Source: a virus
Lineage: Duplodnaviria > Caudoviricetes
IMG/VR virus record: IMGVR_UViG_3300033072_000420
Location: 4,961-68,960 of that record
Reading direction: 5' to 3' (one strand)
DNA: 64,000 bases
Positions 28,362 to 37,318 of the stretch are shown here, in pieces. The position numbers were made by a program, and so were the translations under genes. Under the pieces are notes generated by a model. The model was not told where the DNA came from. It searched no databases and worked only from the letters and a program-made list of their open reading frames with translations. How positions within the stretch are numbered: the first letter of the stretch is position 1; the number at the start of each line of letters is the position of its first letter.

Positions 28362-29351
28362 ATGACACAGATGTTCAACTACACCGTGGACATGCCCTAC
28401 CTGTCCCCGAAGCAGAACACCGACAACTTCTACAAGCTGCCACGGAGTGTTCTGCTCCCGCCGTATCTTGCAAGCAATCAGTACTTCGTTGACTTCCTGA
28501 ACCAGATCGACTTCGTGTTTGATCCAACCATCGAGCAGCCGCTCTATGCCCTGTCAAAGATCCGCAATATGTGGGTCTTCAACAAGGAGTCGATGGCGAA
28601 GGTAAACAACGCTCAGATGATTGACTTCAGTGAGTGGGGTGGGCCTGATCAGGGGACGGTGGCGAATCAAGTCACGATGCTGGGCCTTGACCTGTCAACG
28701 GCTGAGATCGTTGACGACAACAGCTATCGGGCTCTGTCAAGGTTCATAGGGCAATACTGGTACGACAAGGGGAAACAGAGCGCCATCGACTTCATGAACT
28801 TCTGCCTTGGGACCAACTTGAAGCTTACGCCCCTATGGACCCAGGACTACAAAACGTTCGTACCGAAGTCGAGTATCCCGGCCGGTGCCACATACATCGG
28901 GGACGCGGGAAGACCAAACATTTCCCAATTCTACCCTGTCTACCGCCACAGCACTGTCGGCGGCTGGATTGACGGCAGTGTGAAGAATTCTGTCGGGAAA
29001 CCGTTACGGCATTTGGCTACCCCAAACGTCCCGGTTGATAATCCTTGGTGGCCTACGACCCACGTGTCCATCAAAGTCACCTACCCGTCTGTACTGCAAG
29101 CAGAGTCAATCGGGAATTTCTTCTACGAGATCGCCAACGAGAACCTCGTCCTGCACGAGATATCGACCGAGGCCGACACCAACGTAGGCACAATTTTACT
29201 CGGCGCGGGTGGCAACAACAATTCGGCAGTCGGGGTAAGATCCGCCTACTACCCGCTCATGTACCATAGCCGAGTAGGCGGAATCCTCGGCGGCGGCATC
29301 ACAGGTGGTGTCGGCCAACCTCTTCAACAAGCAACCACATCAAGCATGTAA
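28362..29351 (+). CDS. Baseplate wedge gp7/gpI-like protein
   Basis: Follows J-like gene; LPRSVLLPPYL, WYDKG, WWPTTHV. Confidence 0.55.
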   Translation: MTQMFNYTVDMPYLSPKQNTDNFYKLPRSVLLPPYLASNQYFVDFLNQIDFVFDPTIEQPLYALSKIRNMWVFNKESMAKVNNAQMIDFSEWGGPDQGTVANQVTMLGLDLSTAEIVDDNSYRALSRFIGQYWYDKGKQSAIDFMNFCLGTNLKLTPLWTQDYKTFVPKSSIPAGATYIGDAGRPNISQFYPVYRHSTVGGWIDGSVKNSVGKPLRHLATPNVPVDNPWWPTTHVSIKVTYPSVLQAESIGNFFYEIANENLVLHEISTEADTNVGTILLGAGGNNNSAVGVRSAYYPLMYHSRVGGILGGGITGGVGQPLQQATTSSM

Positions 29352-29360
29352 GGACATCCA

Positions 29361-29864
29361 ATGGCTTCATTCGATCTTGTCTCGTTCATTCCTGGCATCG
29401 GGAACACCAAGACTTTCAGTCCTGGTGTTAACACACCGGCCGCTTACGCGGGCCCTCACACCGGTATGACCGATGGTACATCAGTGGCAACTGCGTCAAG
29501 CAACATGGCTGAGGTCTACAACCGGATCCTCTTGGACTTGACTGCCACTGTAGCATCCAGCGGTCTGACCCCTGACCCGACAAACTGGGCTCAGCTCCCT
29601 ATCGCCGTGCAGATGATTGCCACTACCCAGGCTCAATTCGTGGTTGGGAACGCCATGGCTGGCATCCTGACTCTTAAGAGCAGCAACGTCTTTACTCAAG
29701 CGAACCTGAGTGGAACCTCCATCACTCTGCCCTCGACCGGAACTTGGGAGGGGATCTGGATCGCCCTCTCGAACTCAAGCGGTTCTGTGTTCACAGCTGC
29801 TGGCGGCACAGTTATCACCGCTGGCTCCTCCCCCTTCCACCTCTTTGCCGTACGGATTGCCTAA
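29361..29864 (+). CDS. Short tail-fibre-like protein
   Basis: G.TDG...N..L.L...V..SGLTPD..N.AQL..A fibre N-terminal pattern; ends LFAVRIA. Confidence 0.55.
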   Translation: MASFDLVSFIPGIGNTKTFSPGVNTPAAYAGPHTGMTDGTSVATASSNMAEVYNRILLDLTATVASSGLTPDPTNWAQLPIAVQMIATTQAQFVVGNAMAGILTLKSSNVFTQANLSGTSITLPSTGTWEGIWIALSNSSGSVFTAAGGTVITAGSSPFHLFAVRIA

Positions 29865-30274
29865 TGCCCACCATCAAAACAGCTTCCAACCTGCGTTGGA
29901 ATTCCGACAAGACCGCAATTGTTTGTGACCTGACTTGGGAGGAGGACGGCAACGACCTCTTCGGAGGTAAGGTGCTGCCGTGCACGGTTGACAAGACTTA
30001 CGGCGACCAATTCACACGGCTGACCTCTGGTGAATTCGGGCCGGTAGCCTCTGCCAAGGAAGAGGTCCTGGTGGTCAGTGAAGAGACTTTGGAAAGCCGT
30101 CTTGACACTATCGCTCGTGACTGGGGCTTCCGCTCGTTCGTAGAGGCCACTACTTACACGCTTTCCAAGTTGGACATCCCGCAGAAGCGCAAGGCCGTCA
30201 CCCTGATTGAATTCCGTGACAAGATTCTTGCCGGTGAAGCCGGTCTGCAAGATAAGCCGGAGGAGGTCGCATGA
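29864..30274 (+). CDS. Tail fibre assembly chaperone-like protein
   Basis: TAATG coupling (MPTIKTASNL...); YGDQFTRLTSGEFGPV motif. Confidence 0.6.
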   Translation: MPTIKTASNLRWNSDKTAIVCDLTWEEDGNDLFGGKVLPCTVDKTYGDQFTRLTSGEFGPVASAKEEVLVVSEETLESRLDTIARDWGFRSFVEATTYTLSKLDIPQKRKAVTLIEFRDKILAGEAGLQDKPEEVA

Positions 30275-32160
30275 GCACAACCGTGCCTACCCTGCAGCTG
30301 ACGACCGCTGGTGTCGCCAATGCTGCCTCAGCCCAAGCAACAGGGATCTTGATAGACCTCACGACATTCACCATCGGTAGTGGGTATGGTTACGCTCCGA
30401 GTCCAACTGCCACGGGCTTGCAGGGGACCGTCCTCTATACGGGGTCAATCAAGAGTGCAGTAAAGCAGCCCGACGGCAGCATGATGGTCATGTGTACCAT
30501 CCCAGCCAATGCCGGACCGTTCCAGTTCGGCGAGTGCGCGGTCTACACGAGCGGCGGAACATTGTTCGGCATTGCGACCCTACCGACCCTGGAGAACAAG
30601 TACAGTGCACTGAGTGGGAACTCGGCGTCTACCTTCACATTCGGTATCCTGCTGAATCTCGGTACTGCCACGTCTACAATCATCAACGTCAGTGCTGGAG
30701 CCACTCCGTCCACTTTCCAGTACGTGAACTCGTGGTCGCTCGTTGCTCCGCAGTCGCCGTCAACACCGACTCCGATCTATCAAGCGATCGTGTCACAGGC
30801 TGACAACAAGGGGGACTACACAACTCTGATCATGAAGGCGGATGGCAGCTGGACTATTCAGTCCAACTACTTTGCTCTCGGTAATGGTTACACCCTAGTC
30901 GGTGCAGCCGTGGATGGAACATACGCGACGATCTCAACGGAGACGTGGTCCGCCATGACTGCGTCGTTCCCCAACCTGACAGTCGATAACGCTGGCAACT
31001 TCTCGTTCGTGTTCCGATCTGCCGCTGGTCGCTACCGTCAGGCTACGGTTTACGCTGCAATGCTTACCTACACAACCGGGGTACGCTATGTGCAGCTGAA
31101 TTTCGACGTGCCATTCAATCCGGGGGATCTGGCTGCAGGTCAGGCATTCCAGTTGTTCACGAATGCCGTGAACTTCTCCAGTGCTAGCACCGGCGTGACT
31201 GGTACGAATGTGACGGTCGCTCAGATGAACAGCACACTCTCCAGCTATCAGTTCACCCTGGCGAACTTCTCAGGAACCATCACCCCGATCTCTGTTGTCG
31301 GTGGCGTACCGTCTTCGTTCACCACACCTCTTGTCTACTACCCGGCAACGTCAACCACCTATACCTGGGATGGCAGTCAGTACACGGACAAGATCGATGC
31401 AACCCGCATCATCGGTACGATCACGAACTCACAGATCGGCTCGCTCGCGGCTTCCAAGATAACTGGAACTCTGGTTTCGTCGCAGATAGCATCTGTTGGT
31501 GCCTCCCAGATCACCGGTCAGTTGGGCCCCTCGCAGATCTCTAGTGTGGCAGCCACACAGATCACAGGGCAGCTCAACTCGACACAGATCGCGTCGCTCG
31601 CTACTAGCCAGCTGACTGGGCAGATCACTACGTCGCAGATTTCGCTCAACGCGGTGTCCCAGCAGCGTAGCGTCGTAATGACGAACTTGCCCTTGTTCAC
31701 CAGTACCGCCCTGAACTCGTACTCAGGCACGCTGGACCCTGGTGGGGCACTGACCCTCAACACGTATAGGGGTATAGCCGAGACCAAGATCAACGGACGC
31801 ATTGAGATCAGCACATCGGCCAGCATCACCCCGGACTTCTACACGGTGAACTACACTGTGTCTGCGTACCATGAGTTGTCGAATGGTAGTACCTGGACTC
31901 AAATCGACGCCGACCCGACTGTTTTCGAGTGGAAGGACTCGCGGGTTGTGTATTGCAAGCCATCAAGCACTGTTGCCCTGCCGTTCAGTATCGTGGTACC
32001 AGACAACCTCCCTAGTGTTGGTGTCTCAGCAGCTTTGGCTATCAAGCCGATCCTCACCATCAACGTTGACGGCGCACCCGCAGTTTCTGGGGGGACGTCT
32101 TTGTGGATGGGAAGTGCCGTTGTCAACGGTAACGTGTCAGTCACTCAACTATCTGTTTAA
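30271..32160 (+). CDS. Tail fibre/collar protein (phage tail-collar fibre N-domain)
   Basis: LTTAG...GPFQFGECAVYT..G.LFGIA N-domain; internal 17-aa repeats. Confidence 0.7.
   Translation: MSTTVPTLQLTTAGVANAASAQATGILIDLTTFTIGSGYGYAPSPTATGLQGTVLYTGSIKSAVKQPDGSMMVMCTIPANAGPFQFGECAVYTSGGTLFGIATLPTLENKYSALSGNSASTFTFGILLNLGTATSTIINVSAGATPSTFQYVNSWSLVAPQSPSTPTPIYQAIVSQADNKGDYTTLIMKADGSWTIQSNYFALGNGYTLVGAAVDGTYATISTETWSAMTASFPNLTVDNAGNFSFVFRSAAGRYRQATVYAAMLTYTTGVRYVQLNFDVPFNPGDLAAGQAFQLFTNAVNFSSASTGVTGTNVTVAQMNSTLSSYQFTLANFSGTITPISVVGGVPSSFTTPLVYYPATSTTYTWDGSQYTDKIDATRIIGTITNSQIGSLAASKITGTLVSSQIASVGASQITGQLGPSQISSVAATQITGQLNSTQIASLATSQLTGQITTSQISLNAVSQQRSVVMTNLPLFTSTALNSYSGTLDPGGALTLNTYRGIAETKINGRIEISTSASITPDFYTVNYTVSAYHELSNGSTWTQIDADPTVFEWKDSRVVYCKPSSTVALPFSIVVPDNLPSVGVSAALAIKPILTINVDGAPAVSGGTSLWMGSAVVNGNVSVTQLSV
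31417..31644 (+). repeat. 4.5 x 17-aa (51-nt) tandem protein repeat
   Basis: TITNSQIGSLAASKITG/TLVSSQIASVGASQITG/QLGPSQISSVAATQITG/QLNSTQIASLATSQLTG/QITTSQI. Confidence 0.85.
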
Positions 32161-32162
32161 CC

Positions 32163-32366
32163 ATGGACGCAGCAGACATCACCGCACAGCATGACTTCAC
32201 GGAGGAGGCGCTGAAGCGCCACCTCACGACCAAGCAGGCAGAGGTCACGCGAGGCTTTTGCCTCAACTGCAATGCACAACTCCCGGACAAGCTCCTCTAT
32301 TGCGACAAGGACTGCCGGGAGGATCATGAAACACAGCAGCGCATCAGCATGCGTACCCGGAGATAA
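32163..32366 (+). CDS. TraR/DksA-like C4 zinc-finger protein
   Basis: N-terminal DxxD (MDAADITA), CLNC-x10-CDKDC. Confidence 0.62.
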   Translation: MDAADITAQHDFTEEALKRHLTTKQAEVTRGFCLNCNAQLPDKLLYCDKDCREDHETQQRISMRTRR

Positions 32367-32368
32367 GA

Positions 32369-32767
32369 ATGAGCAGCAACAACTTTGTGGTGACAGTCAG
32401 TGACACCACCAACGTGGCCACCAGCGTCTCGGTGGACGCAACGTTCTGGGTTGGTCAAAACCTGATTCGACGTGCCGCTGTGAAGACAGCTAACGTCTGG
32501 GTTGGGACGGACACTGAAGTTCGAGATCTGACCGTTGCAGCAGGAACCACCAACATTCCGACCCAGAAGACGGTCAACTTCCAAAGCCCTACAGGGGTCG
32601 TGGCCGTCGTGACATCAAGTGCCATCAGCGCCACGGTTACCGTAAATAACGTGGCAAGCGTGCTGCCCATCCAGAGCCTGATGGTTCTCGACAGCGGAGT
32701 CACGTCAATTCTGTTCAGCAACACAACGAATGTGCCTGTGCAGATCCAAATCGTAAGCATCCTTTGA
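32369..32767 (+). CDS. Hypothetical beta-rich (probable virion) protein
   Basis: Thr/Val-rich, coupled. Confidence 0.72.
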   Translation: MSSNNFVVTVSDTTNVATSVSVDATFWVGQNLIRRAAVKTANVWVGTDTEVRDLTVAAGTTNIPTQKTVNFQSPTGVVAVVTSSAISATVTVNNVASVLPIQSLMVLDSGVTSILFSNTTNVPVQIQIVSIL

Positions 32768-32779
32768 AGGTGAAGAGCC

Positions 32780-33067
32780 GTGAACATACTGGGGGTAAGA
32801 ATCTCTATTCCGGAACTTGGGCCGTACGAGACCCAGGAAGTCACGATGTGCATTGCGAAGCATCTTGAGCGTTATCAAGTGCCGAGCGGTGCCACCACAG
32901 TATCTCTCACGGCTGAGATGGCAGCATTCGTTAGCCAGTTCATAACCACCCCACACCACGTCGAGTTCGTCAATATTACAGATGGTGATCCCGACACTTT
33001 TGAAAACACACCTGAGCTGCTCCTATGCGTGAGAAGTCTAAACCCCACACCACTGAAGCTTCAGTGA
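32780..33067 (+). CDS. Hypothetical protein
   Basis: GAAGAG upstream of GTG; GTGA coupling to the next gene. Confidence 0.62.
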   Translation: MNILGVRISIPELGPYETQEVTMCIAKHLERYQVPSGATTVSLTAEMAAFVSQFITTPHHVEFVNITDGDPDTFENTPELLLCVRSLNPTPLKLQ

Positions 33068-33885
33068 AAGACGTCGCGTTCATCGCAGACTCATCGTGGT
33101 ACCTCCACCGAATCTTCCACACTACTAAATACAAGGCCCGTGATCCTGGGCTGAACACGGCCCGACGACTCATCAGCATGGTTTGCAAGGATGCACTGGC
33201 GTGTAAGGCCAATCATCTGCTCTTCGCCTTCGATGGGAATGAGGTGTTCCGACATGAGCTCGCGGACTTCTACAAGGCAAACCGTGATCGTAAGGGCCCG
33301 TCTCCGTACGACCACCTGGATCAGGTCATGGGGATTCTAGTGGAAGCTGGCCTGCCTATTGATTACCGAAGTGCCTACGAAGCTGACGACATCATGTGCA
33401 GCGCGGCGACCAACTTCCCGGGTAAGGTCTTTCTAGGCACCAAGGACAAGGACGCCATTCAGTACATGAACAAGCGTATATTCATGTACGACGGATCTGC
33501 CAAGCCTGAGCCCAAGATCACAAACTACAAGGAAGCGACTGAGCGGTTCGGTGTGCCCACCGAACTTGCGGTCGATTATCAGATGCTTGTCGGGGATGGG
33601 GTTGACAACATTCCGTCCTTCATGGGGCCCAAGACCGCGCAGAATGGGTTGCTATTGCACGGAAGCTTCAAGGCTTGGTGGAAGGCCGACAATAAACTGC
33701 GCAAGAAACTTGATGCAGACGCACTGAGGCTGAACCGCAAGCTAGTTCGGCTCGTTGCTAACCTGGATGCTATGCCACGTAAGATGGAAAAGCTAGATCT
33801 CACTGAGCTGGCTTGGTTGCCGGATGTGTACCGCGAGTACCGAGCGTTCGTACATCCACGAACACGATCGCTGTTCGGCAAATGA
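33064..33885 (+). CDS. 5'-3' exonuclease / RNase H (PolA N-terminal/T4 RNase H family)
   Basis: FDG, FRHEL..FYKANR, YEADDIM, TKDKDAIQ, LVGDGVDNIP..MGPKTA (H3TH) motifs; GTG 33064. Confidence 0.9.
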   Translation: MKDVAFIADSSWYLHRIFHTTKYKARDPGLNTARRLISMVCKDALACKANHLLFAFDGNEVFRHELADFYKANRDRKGPSPYDHLDQVMGILVEAGLPIDYRSAYEADDIMCSAATNFPGKVFLGTKDKDAIQYMNKRIFMYDGSAKPEPKITNYKEATERFGVPTELAVDYQMLVGDGVDNIPSFMGPKTAQNGLLLHGSFKAWWKADNKLRKKLDADALRLNRKLVRLVANLDAMPRKMEKLDLTELAWLPDVYREYRAFVHPRTRSLFGK

Positions 33886-33919
33886 AAAAGGACACGCATT
33901 TCTGCGTGTCCTTTTTCAT
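33882..33919. terminator. Bidirectional intrinsic terminator at the convergence of the two arms
   Basis: Perfect 17-bp inverted repeat ATGAAAAAGGACACGCA-TTTC-TGCGTGTCCTTTTTCAT with a U-tract on each strand. Confidence 0.9.
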
Positions 33920-34046
33920 TTGTTATGTGCGTACGATTCAGGTTCTTACAGAGGCACCCACTTATGGCGCTGAGAAGTGATAAAGTTCTAGCTGAGTCTG
34001 ATTTCCTGATGCGCCTTACCCAACCCCATGGGATTGCGAGGTGTTT

Positions 34047-35360
34047 TCAGGAATAGCGTTTACGCAACCACGGACGCCGGATATTGACCGTGGCGGAGCC
34101 TGCAGCATCAAACGCCAAATTCATGTACCAGCCCCATTGATTGACAGTTGTGAAAGCCGGAAGCGTGAATTTCGGAGAACGAAGAACGTTGGTATACGCA
34201 GTCGTTGGGCCTGGTCCATTAGAGGTCGAGCAATACATATCTCCCGGCTGATAGTTGACGCCGTCAAGCTGCAGCAACTCCCGCACTGCTGGTGGGCAGA
34301 AATGACTTGACCCTGCAGCGACCGTGTACTCAACACCGCATTGATGGATGTCGCCTGCAACAGGAGCGCCATAGTTACTCCCGTTGCCCGGGGGGTTCAA
34401 ATAGAAGAACACTTGCGCCGTGCCTGCGGCGCTTGCCGTCAGCGATAGTACAAGGTCATTGCCGTAAGTGCCTGCTACAGTTGAGGCCACCACCGCCACG
34501 TTAGCCGATCCATCAACTTCCCAGTTCGCAGGAACAGTTCCTGTAGTGTTGGTGCCCTTGGTGCCACCCGTAGCAGTCAAGAAAAATGGGTTGACTAGTA
34601 GATTGGTGCCGCCGTTTGCGCCCACATCCCAGGCCGCCTGCAATTGCTGGCCAAAGGCCGGAACCAGGGGACTCATGAACGATGCGAAGTCCACGCCAAG
34701 GTTGTAAGCACCTAGAGCAAGGGTGTGAGTTCCATCCGACGAATATCCGGTCTTGAACGCAGGAACGGTCTGTGTCGAGTCAAGCAAGACTGACGGCGCG
34801 TCGTAATACAGTACCCCAGGCACCACCTCCGCCAGCTCACGACAGAGCTGGTTGTACTGCATGACGTAGCCGAGCTTCGTACCAGTCATTCCGACCTGAC
34901 CCATTTCGCCCATCAGGATCACGGTCATGCCCGCAACGGCGGCCTGGATAGCAGCAGCGCGGATGCCAATGCTTGCCGTGGGCATGCCCACACCAGTCCA
35001 AATCTGTTGCGCGGTGCAGCCGTACGCAATGTCATTGACACAGCCCCAGATGACCAAAAACTTTGCCCTGGATGCGATTGCTGCAGCAAGATACTGCAAA
35101 TATTGATCCGAGCGATAACCGCTGACGCCGCCGTCATAGATCACGTTGATACGCTGGCCCAACTGTGCAGCAGCATGTGTCATAAAGTGGACACTGTTTT
35201 TCCAGACGCCCGGGTCGCCCACGGAAGCAGGAACATCAATATGAAACTGCGCCATTCGACTGTCACCAATCAGCGCAATAGCATTTTGATATTTCGCCAT
35301 CCCCGCATGCTGCACAGCATGTTGAGTCAAATCGAATGGTGCTGGAATTATTGGTAACAC
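34047..35360 (-). CDS. SGNH/GDSL esterase with MLP-QHA leader and C-terminal CBM-like domain
   Basis: IGDS, GVSG, GCVND, DGTH blocks; AGAGGAG then GTG. Confidence 0.8.
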   Translation of the reverse strand: MLPIIPAPFDLTQHAVQHAGMAKYQNAIALIGDSRMAQFHIDVPASVGDPGVWKNSVHFMTHAAAQLGQRINVIYDGGVSGYRSDQYLQYLAAAIASRAKFLVIWGCVNDIAYGCTAQQIWTGVGMPTASIGIRAAAIQAAVAGMTVILMGEMGQVGMTGTKLGYVMQYNQLCRELAEVVPGVLYYDAPSVLLDSTQTVPAFKTGYSSDGTHTLALGAYNLGVDFASFMSPLVPAFGQQLQAAWDVGANGGTNLLVNPFFLTATGGTKGTNTTGTVPANWEVDGSANVAVVASTVAGTYGNDLVLSLTASAAGTAQVFFYLNPPGNGSNYGAPVAGDIHQCGVEYTVAAGSSHFCPPAVRELLQLDGVNYQPGDMYCSTSNGPGPTTAYTNVLRSPKFTLPAFTTVNQWGWYMNLAFDAAGSATVNIRRPWLRKRYS

Positions 35361-35390
35361 GGCTTCTCCTCTAGGGAATTTGAACTGATT

Positions 35391-35591
35391 TCACTCGGTG
35401 TCTCGCAGACGGGCCTTGGCCTGCAGGACACTAGCATGGGCCATCTTCTTGAAGATCTCGGTGATGTACCCGTAGTTGTCGGCCTTACCCGCCTTTCGGG
35501 CAGCTTCCTTGGCAGCTTCCCACTTCTTCTCAAGGGCGGGAACAGACCCCTTACCTTCCTTGCTCAGCTTCTTTATGAACGGGACGGGCAT
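35391..35591 (-). CDS. Small basic protein ending in an LQAKARL motif
   Basis: GAAGGA upstream of ATG 35591 (MPVPFIKK...). Confidence 0.72.
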   Translation of the reverse strand: MPVPFIKKLSKEGKGSVPALEKKWEAAKEAARKAGKADNYGYITEIFKKMAHASVLQAKARLRDTE

Positions 35592-35613
35592 GTGAGTTCC
35601 TTCGTTGCGTGCA

Positions 35614-36258
35614 TCACGCGATAGCTTCCCACGCACTGGAGACAGTGCTGGTCAAGGCGATAGTTTCCTTCAGACCAAGCGTTCCGCCGTTGACGGCCTT
35701 CCGCAGAGCGGTCGCATCTTTCCAACGGTCACCAACTCGTGTCTTCCAATACCAGACGCATGCCTCCACAGCTTCATATCCAGGCTTCCGAAGGAGTTCT
35801 GGGTGTTCGAGGTAGGGTAGCTCGGTCCATTTAGCAGCGGCCGTCACATTGTCACGTCCCGTGATTTGGAAAGGCCCCGAACCCCGGAATGCCCACCCAT
35901 CCCAAGGCTCCGTGTTTCCGAGGTATTTCTTCCCCCAAGCACCCCCATACACAATGTTGGCTATACCCTGTGGGTTTGCCTTCTGTGTGGGAGTCTTCCC
36001 GTACTGCGCAGCCTGAGCCGGTGTGATCCGACCCTTGAAGACTTCGAGCAGACGCTGTGGAGTGTAGTTCTCAAGGTCCTCCTCAAGTCGAGTCAGGTAG
36101 CTCGACTCCCACAGAACTTGGCCCAGAAACGCGAACGTCTCTTCTTTCCCCATAACAGAGTCGCTGATGACTGCGCTGAAAGCTGCCGCCCACTGCTGAG
36201 CCTGCACAATCCCGACACCGCTCTTGACCAGCAGTACGTCCCATTGGTTGGTGTTCAT
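35614..36258 (-). CDS. Endolysin, glycoside hydrolase family 19
   Basis: FLGQVLWES..LT.LEE, DGWAFRGSGPFQITGRDN, AVNGGTLG. Confidence 0.9.
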   Translation of the reverse strand: MNTNQWDVLLVKSGVGIVQAQQWAAAFSAVISDSVMGKEETFAFLGQVLWESSYLTRLEEDLENYTPQRLLEVFKGRITPAQAAQYGKTPTQKANPQGIANIVYGGAWGKKYLGNTEPWDGWAFRGSGPFQITGRDNVTAAAKWTELPYLEHPELLRKPGYEAVEACVWYWKTRVGDRWKDATALRKAVNGGTLGLKETIALTSTVSSAWEAIA

Positions 36259-36266
36259 GGAGTCTC

Positions 36267-36902
36267 CTACGGATTGCCCGCACCAGAAGGTGCGTCTTGT
36301 TTCTGGTCACCAGCAGCCTGATCGTGCTGCGCATTCAGGTCTGCGATACACTGATTGAGCAGTGCCGTTCTGGTGTCTGCCGTCGAGGCTATTTCGACAA
36401 GAGCTGCCGCAACTGAGTGAGGTAGCCTGCATCGTACGGTTGCCGGAGCTCCTGTGGCACTGCCGCCGGAGCGGGACAGGGTGTAGAGATCACCTTTACC
36501 GACGGAGTCTTGTCCTCCGGTACAGTCGGTAGCGTCGATCCACAACCCACCGTCAGGGCTGAGATCATCAACGAGAACGAGAGTGCGATTCTTTTCATCT
36601 TGGAGTTCCTTTATCTTTGCATCGTAGACCTTGGTGGCAGCATCGAACTTTCTTTGCTGCTCAACCTGTTTCTTCTGCGCTTGTGTAACGGCCGTTTCGA
36701 GCTTGGTCGCCGCTTCTGCGTTTAGAGCTGCCTTCTCCAAAGCCCAGTCAGCACGCTCTTTAGCGAACTGGGCTTTGTCCGCATCCCACTTCTGCGTAGT
36801 GCGCTCGACGCCGACTCTGTAACCACCGTAGCCAGCACATCCCAGAACGGCCGCGACGAGGAAGAGTTTGATGTACAAGAGATAAGGTTCCAGGATGTTC
36901 AT
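36267..36902 (-). CDS. Rz: Inner-membrane spanin (Rz-like)
   Basis: N-terminal TM, long Ala/Lys/Gln coiled coil, Cys-containing C-terminus, embedded lipoprotein gene. Confidence 0.82.
   Translation of the reverse strand: MNILEPYLLYIKLFLVAAVLGCAGYGGYRVGVERTTQKWDADKAQFAKERADWALEKAALNAEAATKLETAVTQAQKKQVEQQRKFDAATKVYDAKIKELQDEKNRTLVLVDDLSPDGGLWIDATDCTGGQDSVGKGDLYTLSRSGGSATGAPATVRCRLPHSVAAALVEIASTADTRTALLNQCIADLNAQHDQAAGDQKQDAPSGAGNP
36389..36598 (-). CDS. Rz1: Outer-membrane spanin lipoprotein (Rz1-like), embedded in Rz
   Basis: AGGA RBS, MKRIALSFSLMISALTVG|C lipobox, Pro-rich mature part, alternate frame inside Rz. Confidence 0.8.
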   Translation of the reverse strand: MKRIALSFSLMISALTVGCGSTLPTVPEDKTPSVKVISTPCPAPAAVPQELRQPYDAGYLTQLRQLLSK

Positions 36903-36919
36903 GATGTGGGCTTCTTTCT

Positions 36920-37318
36920 TTAAGCGCCGTTGCTGGTCGGCGACATTTCGTTCTTGTTCTGTGTGGTCTGTTCGGGCTTGAGATCGGTGGCCCGGCGCGA
37001 GTAGATCTTGTTGGTCGCATTCTTATGGCCATCATCCGGCCAGAACTGGCCGAGATGGAGATCGTAGTCGAATCCATACCTTGCGGTCGTGTCAACAAGA
37101 TAGATCAACGCAAAGACTGCTGTAACGACGAAGAACTCGAAACTTCGGTCCAAGTTGTTCTGTAGGGCGGCCATGGCCGCCCCAACTGAAGATCCGACAC
37201 CGAATGCGAGCTCTAGGCCGATCGTGAGTGGTGCCCCTTTCGGGGTGAAGTTCGCGAGGCACAGCAGGTGAACAGCGCAAGCACCGCCAAGTATGAACAA
37301 GAAAATGTTTGCGATCAT
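36920..37318 (-). CDS. Membrane protein (holin/antiholin candidate, ~3 TM)
   Basis: Three hydrophobic segments, charged C-tail, within the lysis cassette. Confidence 0.6.
   Translation of the reverse strand: MIANIFLFILGGACAVHLLCLANFTPKGAPLTIGLELAFGVGSSVGAAMAALQNNLDRSFEFFVVTAVFALIYLVDTTARYGFDYDLHLGQFWPDDGHKNATNKIYSRRATDLKPEQTTQNKNEMSPTSNGA

Noticed and set aside
33920-34046. 127-nt spacer after the terminator with GGCGC/GCGCC ends, considered as ncRNA or ribozyme
   Set aside because: No hammerhead core (CTGATGA/GAAA) or other recognisable motif; only a 13-aa ORF; cannot be supported without covariation data
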